Position numbers and translations under genes: made by a program. The notes below the pieces were generated by a model, which saw only the letters and a list, made by a program, of their open reading frames with translations, had not been told where the DNA came from and did no database searches. A stretch of DNA of 64,000 bases from Eledone cirrhosa (lineage: Eukaryota). The first letter of the stretch is position 1. Every line of letters begins with the position of its first letter. Location: NCBI GenBank assembly GCA_964016885.1, contig OZ024744.1, forward strand, positions 25,854,001-25,918,000, in the 5' to 3' direction. Below are positions 54,420 to 64,000 of the stretch, in pieces.

Positions 54420-55165
54420 ATGGAAAAATTTGAACAGGGACAAAACAGAGAGGCAGTACAATAAATGTTTATTAATTTCACGCTCAGGAGAGTGGGGGGT
54501 AAGTGTGGTAAACGGAAAAGAAAATGCTGACAAATTGTTTACAGTGAAAAATAGTTTAATTAGGAATAAGTGAGAATTAGTAATAGTATTGGTTAGTATT
54601 CAGTTTTGGTTTTAAGTTTTACCGGTTGCGCATTTCTAATGCTTTTCAAAAGTAATTTTGAGCTAGAGCGTCCGTGATGTTTGCTCTGATCTGATTAGTT
54701 TTGGAAATTCTACCTGTTTTTATGTTAAAAAAGTGGCTCCAGCGGTATTAAAATAAGTTTTGGGCGAATTCGTGTTGCAAAAATTCTTGTGATCAAAACA
54801 ATTTTGATTGGTCGGTAGAGGTCATGTGAATGTTAAAAATTGATTTTGCGCCAAATGTAGGTTTGTGTCGGCTGATTGAGAAGTCACTGAGAAATAAGTC
54901 TTTCAAAACAAATATGTGTGTGTGTGTGTGTAGTAGTAGTAAAGAGGTGCGTTGTTGTGATAATGGTCAGCAGGGATGTGTGTGCGAACCGCAGCCTGTT
55001 GACAGTTCAAATGCCTATTAAGACAATTGCGTATGCGTGTGTGTGTGTGTGTGTGTATAGCAGAGTAATTTGTGGTAGAGGGACGGTCAGTAGGAATGTC
55101 TGTAAGTGTGTGGGGGATATTTTAACATGTTAAAATATACTTTTCAGCTCTTGTCTTATACGGAG

Positions 55166-55244
<79 letters not shown>

Positions 55245-57135
55245 TGTGTGTATATGTCTCTTTGTATGTTAATGTACGCGTGTGTATGTGTGTGTGTATA
55301 TATGTGTGTGTGTGTGTGAGAATATGTGTCTGTGTGTGTGTGGGTGGACCAGTATTTATTTCTGGTAAAATGGTGTACATTATTCGATATTTTCAGTAAA
55401 ATCGATTCCCTTAATAGAACATCAAAAACCTTAATAATAAAAGGTGTGAAATGATATATAGTATTGGCATAATACCAAGGTGTTTGTGAGTGTGTCTAGA
55501 TTGTACGTACTGCAAGGGGAATCCATTAGGCCTTGCCGTATTGGAATACGTGTGCACAAATATGTATCTGGAGTGTGTCCAGAAATTGTAAACCTGTGCA
55601 CAAATATGTATCTGGAGTGTGTCGAGATTGTACGTACTGCAAGGGGAATTCATTAGGCCTTGCCGTATTGGAATACATGTGTACAAATATGTATGTGCCC
55701 ATCAGTGTGCAATGCATGTGTGCGTTTATGTATGTGAGTGTGTCGGCACGTTTATATCTATAGACATCAAAAGGTATGCAAATTTGTGTATATTTGTGTT
55801 GCACCATAGAACATGTGTGTTTACGTATGTCATTGTGTTTATATGTGGGTAGAGATTTATGCTGATGTAGATATGTATGTTGACGTGTGTATGTTGTGAG
55901 TTCGTCTTAGGGAGAAGTGTTTAGACGGGGTCCGTATTTGTTAATAAAGTAAGATTCCTTGCTGATGCGCTGGGTGTGGGTGGCATTATCTTTAAATTTG
56001 TAGAGGGGAAAGATTCTGAAGTTGGGATGATTTTGGGCGGCACAGGTATCAGTGTGTTCACTCAGTGGTATTTTCCTGTATTCCCGTATTTCAATTTGGG
56101 ATCTATTGACAATCATGCGTTGGCGGAGGCTGTTTTTGGTCTGGCCTATGTATTGTTCTCGACAACCTGAGCAAGTTAATACATATATTAGATTTTCTGA
56201 TGCGCATGTGAAATTGTGTTTTACTATAAAACGTTGTCCCTCTTTGAAATAGAATTCCGAACCCTCTATTAGGTTGATGCAAATGCCACAGTTGGGTCTA
56301 TCGCATTTTTTTACTGTGGGTTTCGTTGTTGTGGTTGGCAGTACTTTGGCATGTGTTAGGATATTTTTCATTGACTTAGATTGTCTTTTGCTCTTCATGA
56401 TATCGTGTGTTCGTAGGATTTGGTTCATTCTATGGTCCTTTTTCAACACAGGGATGTTCTGGAGGATGGTGTCAAAGGCCTCATTGTTGAGGGGGTTGTG
56501 TGTGGAGATGTATGGAAGAGCTTTTAGTTTCGGTTGATTTACTTTAGGGTGTCTAGGGTCCTGGGTACTGAGTTTTAGAGCACGTTAGATTCCATTGTCA
56601 ATTATTGATGCAGGGTAGTCCATGCCTATGAGTGTGTCCTTTAGTTCTTGTAGCCGTAAGTAGCAGGTGTTTTTATTGGAGACTATAGTACAGATTCTCT
56701 TGGCTCAGTTGTAGGGAATATTAATTTTAATGTGTCTAGGGTGGCAAGAGTTGAAAGGAAGATATTGCTTGGAGTCTGTGGACTTGTAGTATATGTCTGT
56801 TTCTATATTTTGTTATGGATCTTAATGAGGATGTCGAGGAAGGGGGGTTGTTGATGGCTGTATTCCATCGTGAAGTTAATATTCGTGTTGAGCCCATTTA
56901 TAAGGGTGTGAAATTCTTTAAGTTTCTCGATGTTTTCGTGCCAAAGGATGAAGAAGTCATCTAGATATCGCTTCCAGTTCCTTTCTATGTGTAAGTGGAG
57001 AGTGTTTCCAAATTTGTTTAGGACTTTAGTGTAGAGGGTGATTTCCAGGTATCCCATGACTAGGTTGGCATAAGTGGGGGCTGTTTTCGTTCCCATAGCG
57101 GTCCCAGATTTCTGCCTGTAGGGTTTGTTATTGAA
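54420..57135 (-). mobile_element. 5'-truncated Neptune-like Penelope retroelement with long 3'UTR
   Basis: RT plus Cys linker plus GIY-YIG; tandem duplication at 55487-55692; U3-A8 HHR remnant (GAAA->GCAA) at 54617-54653; microsatellites at both ends. Confidence 0.9.
55907..57135 (-). pseudogene. PLE RT (motifs 4-7, thumb) and GIY-YIG endonuclease
   Basis: GTAMGTKTAPTYANL, WKRYLDD, PFLDI; CDRPNCGIC linker; NLIYVLTCSGCREQYIGQT. Confidence 0.92.
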
Positions 57136-57145
57136 ATATATATAT

Positions 57146-57226
<81 letters not shown>

Positions 57227-58083
57227 CATACTTTATTCGGTATATTTCTTCTTCTATCCCTTCGGTTTTCTGACCCTGATTATCTCTCTCTCTCTCACTC
57301 TCTCACTCTCTTTCTCTCTATCTCTCTATGTCTATCTCTCACTCTCTCACTCTCTCACTCTCTTTCTCTCTATCTCTCTATGTCTCTCTCTCACTCTCTC
57401 TCTCTGGGATGTAGTGGGGGAAGAGTTCTCAATCATGCCTGTTATTGATCCGTGTTATTTATGATATTTGAGTGAGATATTTAGTCGCTATTCATTGTAA
57501 GTTTAATGAAATGCTGATATAAAACTGGCGAACTAGGTGTTGAAGTATTTGAGACTATTCAACAGACTATTCAACGGCGGAGACAGGAAGGTGTTTCCCC
57601 GGAGGACGGCAAGGGAGACGCGCTGGAAAAGCCACTCGAACTCGCAGGGCTCACACCTGCGCTGGCCAGCTCACCGCCTATGGGGGTGAGTAGGGAGGGA
57701 GCCCTAGGGCCGAGGTCTTTTCTATCGTAGGTGGATATAGATGAAATTTTCTGAATGAATTATGACCGGAATTAGGCTGATTTAGTGATTGATGCTCAGC
57801 TGAAAACAGTTAGCAGTCGGCAACATTTAGACGATAATATTTGCTAATTTTAAGCCACTTAAGATTGTAACAAACACAGAATTATCAACTATTTACAGCA
57901 GGTAATTGCGATGTCTTTTTATTGTGTCACTTAATTTAATCGTAATTGCCAACATCAAAACTACTGTAACAATTTCCAGCGACCTTATATTGCGTTTGAA
58001 AGAATACTCCTTTCTAATAGTAGAGGGGAAATAAAATACTAGGGCTGCACTGATCGCAGCTAAATGAGTTCATATATTAGTTT

Positions 58084-58120
<37 letters not shown>

Positions 58121-58123
58121 ACA

Positions 58124-58196
58124 ATGGGTTGTAACATAAATTCCCGCCGTTGTTATAAAACTTCTTAATAACAAACGGCGGGATTTATGTTACAAC

Positions 58197-58199
<3 letters not shown>
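58124..58199. repeat. Hairpin with ~30-bp arms inside (TA)n
   Basis: TGGGTTGTAACATAAATTCCCGCCGTTGTTAT / ATAACAAACGGCGGGATTTATGTTACAACCCA; partial third copy at 58269-58283. Confidence 0.88.
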
Positions 58200-58275
<76 letters not shown>

Positions 58276-58281
58276 GTAACA

Positions 58282-58407
<126 letters not shown>

Positions 58408-58419
58408 TGTATGTATAAA

Positions 58420-58692
58420 GTCTAAAGTCTGTCTTAAGCCAGAAAGCTCGTTAAGCCAGTGCTTATCCCGGTTTCATGGCGTAAAGTGACTGAGAGTATA
58501 CGACTTTCCTCTGGACAGGACACCCGTCTATCACAGGGTTAATAAGCCCACCTATTGCTGGTACTCATTTTCAGCTGAGTATACTGGAGCAACGTGAAAT
58601 GAAGTGTTGCGTTCAAGAACACAACACGCAGCCCGGGAATCGACCCCACAACATTATGTTCGTAAGTCGAACACTCTTACCAGTAGGACACG
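58420..58692 (-). mobile_element. tRNA-derived SINE (family 2 type head)
   Basis: CTGGTACTCATTTTCAGCTGAGT...GCAACGTGAAATGAAGTG...CCGGGAATCGA. Confidence 0.8.
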
Positions 58693-58782
58693 CACACACA
58701 CACACACATATATATATAAATTAATAAAAACAATGAAATAAAAACAAAGAACAAGTTACTTATATTAAAAAATTCATTATTT

Positions 58783-58900
58783 TACGATCGTTTCTAGGAT
58801 GTATATGTGTGTTGGTATGTATAAAATATAGATCTATGTAAAAATATTACAAATTATCAGAGGAAATATACATACCTTCACATATACATGCCGTCCTCAG
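58783..58900 (-). ncRNA. Type I HHR with very long stem II, joined at C3 to an inverted copy of its own 3' tail
   Basis: Minus strand CTGAGGA...ATGTATATGTG/CACATATACAT, GGTATGTATA/TATACATACC...GAAA-CGATCG-TA; 58718-58745 is the reverse complement of 58900-58927. Confidence 0.7.
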
Positions 58901-59055
58901 TTTTTATTTCATTGTTTTTATTAATTTATCTTGACTCTGTTTTCCTATGATTTTTATCGAAAATGTTAAATGCATTGTCTCTTTTCATGATATTTGGATT
59001 ACATTGAGTTCTTCATACGGATTGGACACTACCGTATATTTTGGTAGATTTATCT

Positions 59056-59105
<50 letters not shown>

Positions 59106-59107
59106 TA

Positions 59108-59320
59108 AAGGATCGATCGACTTTCGACAAATCGGACCGAGGAAACAATGTTTCCGTTGGTCTTTCCAATTGCTAATACTATCTATCGGTCGCAACTCCA
59201 GGTAGAAGGAGCAATGTGAAATAAAGTGTCTTGCTCAAGGACATAACGCATCGCCCGGTCCAGGAATCGAAATCACAACCTCAAGATTGTGAATCCAATT
59301 CTCAAACCACTCAGCCTTCA
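59108..59320 (-). mobile_element. tRNA-derived SINE family 2
   Basis: Matches 43075-43295. Confidence 0.85.
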
Positions 59321-59489
59321 TATATATATATATATGTGTAAATATATGAGTCCCGGGTTCAATCGGCGGTAACCACAGTAAGTAAGGTACTCAATACATT
59401 AGTAGAGTGTAAAAATCATGTTTAATTTTGAAATGGCTTCTACAGGACTAAAACTGTTTTATGCAAAAGAAACCACCAGGAAACCGCTG

Positions 59490-59690
59490 CTTTCTGAGTT
59501 CAAATCCTACTAAGGTCAACTTTGCCTTTTATCCTTTGGAGGTCGATGAAAAAGTACCAGTGTAGTGTTGGGGTTCATTCTTCCTGGAAGAAATCTGCTG
59601 GAGAGGGATGGCCTCCGCCAGGCTTAAAATGCCCCAGAAACGTATCTCAATACAGCACCCCTACATCTCCTGGAATTACGGGACCAAACA
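59490..59690 (+). mobile_element. SINE family 1, long-tail variant, 5'-truncated
   Basis: Core plus CTGGAAGAAATCTGCTG tail. Confidence 0.8.
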
Positions 59691-59964
59691 ATACATATAT
59701 ATATATATTCGAGGATCGGCAGAAGAGTTAATAGGCTGACCAAGTTACTCTCATGGAATGACCAAATGAGATTTCTCTTTCAACATAGTAACTGGAAAGA
59801 AACAATGCAGAGTTGAAATTAATGCATGTAAGATTCCACAGCTTTTGCATCACTTTTTCATAGCCAGCCCATGAACATGTCTATACATATATATACATTC
59901 CTACATACATAATTCCTACATGGCTGCAAACTCTTGTTCGAGCATTGCCATCACCTGATAAAAT

Positions 59965-61215
59965 GCTCAAAAATGTGAGGTACGAATGTGGCTCTTTAAA
60001 CCAGCAAAAGACTTGCACCCTCTGGCACACATACAGAAACTATAGACTATTCTGGGACTTTCCACTGTTTTGTTCTGGCTGTGTGTTTTCGTGTATCTTT
60101 TGAGACCTCCCATGCTAGCACATTCCTTGCCACATTCCTTACACATTTTCAGATCATAATCTACATGAGATCTATTGATATGACTTTGTTCGTGTCTAGT
60201 GAAACCAGCTTTATTCAGGTATACTCGAGCACAGTGCTGGCAAACCAGATGATGTTCAACAGCAGGCAGTTCAGAACAGTCCCTTTTCCTCACCGTCTCT
60301 TTCAGTGTTAGGTGTTCTCTTTGATCAGTTTCAAAGTGTTCACTTCCTGAGTTGATCAAACGTCTCCACTTCACACGCGCCTCAGTCATTTTCTCCCATT
60401 CGTCAGATAACATTCCAGCACAAGCCAAGGGGTACCGCATTTTTGGTTTATGTGGTGGTCGCCTTCGTTCACACAGTTCTCCGTAGAGAAGTTGCTTTGG
60501 AATGCGATCATCAGACATCCAGACCACGTGTCCACACCACCTCAACAGGTGCTGATAGATCATGCTCTCTATAGTCACGCAGCTGCTCCGTTAGAGAACT
60601 TCCGAATCACTGACGAACGTTTTCCAAGTGATTGTTGGTGAAATCTCTCCAGTTCCTTGAGGTGCTTTCTGTATGTGACCCACGCTCCACAAGCATAAAG
60701 CAAAGAAGAGACGACACAATTCAGATACACTTTCACCTTGGTTTCGATACTGATACCTCGTCGGGACCATAAGCGTTCATGCAACCGCCCAAAAGCATCA
60801 CTGGCTTCCTTGATTCTTAAGGATATTTCATCATCAAGTGTGAATGAGTTGTTCAACGTACTACCAAAGTTCACAAACTTGTCAGCAACTTTTAGCCTCT
60901 TTCTGTACACGTACACACTTGGTGTAGTGTACTCTTTTCCAGGTGCTGGCTGGTACATCACAATAGTCTTTTCCAAGCTTATTGTGAGGCCCAAAGCGCT
61001 GCAAGCTTCAGAAAAAGAGTTCATAATATGCTGCATGTCACTTTGTGAGTGTGCAAAAAGATCGCGGTCATCTCCATACAAGAACTCTCGGATTATAGAT
61101 GTTAATACCTTTGTGCTTGTACCAAAACGCCTGATGTTGAACAACCTTCCTGAAGGGCGATACCCGATGTAAATCCCATGCGAACAATTCTTCCTGAATA
61201 CCATGAGAAACACTA
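59965..61215 (-). mobile_element. RTE-clade LINE (RT C-terminal half plus C2H2-like fingers)
   Basis: REFLYGDD, LGLTISLEKT, TKVKVY, LRWCGHVVWMSDDRIPKQLLYGEL, CKSFAGLKSHIR. Confidence 0.93.
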
Positions 61216-61254
61216 TCGTAAAATATAGGGAAAACAGAGTTTCTAATTTCTAAT

Positions 61255-61356
61255 ATAATTGTTTCTACTTTTGGCACAAGGCCAGCAATTACTCAGTGCA
61301 TTACTGGTACTTTATTTTATCGACCCCGTAAGGATGAAAGGCAAAGTCAACCTCGG
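61255..61356 (-). mobile_element. SINE family 1, 3' half
   Basis: Reverse complement of core and tail. Confidence 0.88.
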
Positions 61357-61489
61357 ATAATGTGGTAGACTGTGATTTGATTGAGATCTGGCTATTATTT
61401 CTAACAGATTTAATGACTGCCTAACGGTGTAAGTTTTAATTACTTCTATCTTTTAATATTCATATTTAATTTCACGTTCTCCGCCCCCA

Positions 61490-61920
61490 ACTTAGCCGCT
61501 TCGGCCACAAACCCCGAAGATAAACAAATACCGGACAATGTCCGGCCACTTCCTCTTCACACCGGTGGCTGTCGAGAGCTCAGACGTACTTGGACACCAT
61601 ACTGTCATGCTCCTCCGAAAGATCGGAACGTCGGTGGCCCGTCTGAGGAAGGCCCCTCGAGGTGGGGTGCTATTGCAACGGGTGTCGCTGGCCATTGTTC
61701 GTGGGAATGCTTTTGGAGCCTTTTCCGTGGGGCGAAGCCCGATTACCACCGCGCCCTAGGCCCAGAGCACAACTCCTCCCTACCCCCTATTCTTCTGTGA
61801 CACTAGAGTCCTTGCCATTCCCCCTCCCCTTTCCGTTTTTTCCTATATATTTTCTTATTTTACTTTCCATTCTTTCTTCTCAATTTTACGTTTCAATTCA
61901 AAGAAGTATGTATTAAAAAC
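61490..61920 (+). mobile_element. CRE-like (REL) non-LTR retrotransposon 3' end
   Basis: KYRTMSGHFLFTPVAVESSDVLG...LLQRVSLAIVRGNA; pyrimidine-rich 3'UTR and ATTAAA. Confidence 0.8.
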
Positions 61921-62896
61921 CAAAATTTTACCGGTATGTTATTGTCTGGAGTATGAATGAATTATTAATGCATGTATTTAATTCTCAGATAATTGCTGTG
62001 GTGGACACCCCTTTGGGATAAAAATGGACTCGGCGGATTATTATAAACAAACAATGTGACTCATTGTCAGAGTTCGGTTGGAGTCTCCCTTGAAAGTCTT
62101 ACGTTCTGTAGTCGGAAGTTACGCCTGAGACAAAATTGTTTGGACCCCTGCATCGTAGAAAATATAATCAGTTTAAAGTGTTAAAAAATTAATGAAATTG
62201 TATTGTGTTAAAGTTTGTAATATACAATTGCAAAAGAAATCGTACTTGAATAAGAGAAATTGTTAATACATGTGTATACAACCATGGTTCAAAAACAAAC
62301 TGTCGGATTCAACTCAAGCCTAATGAGATGCATATTTATGTGATGTTTCATAGGGAAGAAGTGAGAAACATTAGAGCACGTGAAAATATATACGAGAAGA
62401 GACGATGAATTATCTAAGTGATAGGTAACAAATCTTACTACAGGTTTCAATAGCATTTGAATTCAAAATATAAAGAGTCGAAAAAGTAACACAAAGCATT
62501 TCGCATTACGGCACAGGAAGGCACCAAGAGAAGGCCTCCGGTTGTAAAACATTGCCTCGCAAAATACCCTAAGAAGCTTAGTATGGAGTCTGCAGGGACA
62601 AATGTACATAAAATGATGTCTTTGCTGTATTCCCCTCTAAACGTTAATGATTCTCACAAATCACCTCACTTCCTTGGGTAAATCTTATTGTTCGTATTCT
62701 ATAAAACTGAAACCTTTCTCTTATTTTAGAAATTAACGTTGCCTGAGAAACGTTGTGATGAAGGCGGTTGAGTTGAAATTGTTAGCAAACCGATAGCATG
62801 AAGTGGTTCCTATCACAGACTATCTCATTAAACCTAAGCCCGGGTTCCCCAATCTAGGCAAAGTTCCTATCACAGACTATCTCATTTAACCTAAAC

Positions 62897-63213
62897 CAGG
62901 GTTTCCCAATCTAAGCGATATCAACTTTTGGATGAATGATGAGCAAATAAACAGAAAATGGTGGGCGATTGGAAATGTTGGTGGATGTTATAAGATTTTG
63001 AGTATTAAGAAGTTATTTCCACGTACCATCACCGAAAGAATATGCAAAAACCTGTGTAAAAATATAGGAGGCTTAATGGGAATAACGAACCAGTAACAAC
63101 ATTTTACCGAAGATTTTTTTTATATGCTTTTCAATGTTTATTTTACAGGTGGGTGGGGGAAACATTTTCCGTGTGAAAGTGGGTGATGACACAAATAAGG
63201 TTAGGAACCCTTG
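62897..63213. mobile_element. hAT/Charlie-like MITE
   Basis: TIRs CAGGGTTTCCCAATCT / AGGTTAGGAACCCTTG; no clean 8-bp TSD; left end tandemly duplicated (62806-62915). Confidence 0.6.
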
Positions 63214-64000
63214 ACACAAAACATCATTACTCTTTAGGGAAAGGCATTAACATCACACATCTAATGGTGGTAAGAAACTCTAAGGAGAGCTGGACAGCAG
63301 AAGGTCTTCAGAGAAGCCTTTAACTTTTTACACTCTAAGGGGACTGGGCCACATCCCCGTTATGACTCTTGGGTTCCCTCTAAGGGGTACGGGCTCCATC
63401 CCCGTCGTGAATCTTGGGTCCCCTTCTGCTGATATTTCGCCTTCTGGATATCGGAGACTTGTTTATGCCGAAGTAAATGTAATTTAGAATAGGTAGGAAG
63501 ACGATTTCCATTTTCTATTCCTGTTCGTCCTCTTACATGTGCCTGTTTTGAATATAAAGTTTTTAATATGTTGAAAGTCAAAGAATAAATAAAATGAATT
63601 TTTCCAGGGTAATTTATTCATTCAACGTCTGTGCAATATTTCATGTCCCTCGTCCTTGGTTAAACTGATGAAAGATAAAGTTTTACTGACAAATTCTGGA
63701 AAGTTATTGAGCTTCGTCGTATTGTTTGTTTAGTTTGTTCTATTTTAGGACACCATAAAGACAGGTTGATTTAAGCTGCAGCTGCCTGATAGAAATTAAG
63801 CCAGTAGTTGCTGTTGGGGGTTGCAATGGTTACAGAGTAAGTTGTAGTTAAAAAATAAAGAACATTCTTATAAATATAAAAGAAAGAGTAAGAGAAAACA
63901 ACATTAAAAAAATGTGTCTGAGTTATTTCAGTTCAGAACACCAGCCATGATAACAACCGAACAAATGGATCTGAAGTAATCGCATGGAAGATGGCATCGT

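Noticed and set aside
59967-60250. Host C2H2 zinc-finger gene
   Set aside because: The fingers are the C-terminus of the RTE LINE ORF and recur in the copy at 50690.

Overview
This is AT-rich, microsatellite-saturated animal DNA, probably intronic or intergenic. The SINE, LINE and microsatellite make-up suggests a coleoid cephalopod such as Octopus (inference). I found no host protein-coding exon; most long ORFs are translated microsatellites or decayed transposon genes. Recognisable elements are Tx1/L1-clade LINEs (one near full-length, several truncated or ancient), RTE, CR1-like, R4/Dong-like and CRE-like LINE fragments, Helitron pieces, two tRNA-derived SINE families, a hAT-like MITE, a 3.3-kb 20-bp satellite, and Penelope-like elements (PLEs) with RT or GIY-YIG remnants. 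The most striking layer is invisible in the ORF track. At least 15 type I hammerhead-ribozyme (HHR) folds from several unrelated short elements sit inside (TA)n tracts. Many are built as fold-backs (an inverted copy of the 3' end joined to a 5'-truncated forward copy), including a 372-bp palindrome with no mismatch that I could see. Three families use a covariant U3-A8 core (UUGANAA), and one locus is a 466-nt HHR-to-HHR tandem that resembles a retrozyme/circRNA precursor. All structures were folded by eye; none has been computed or tested.
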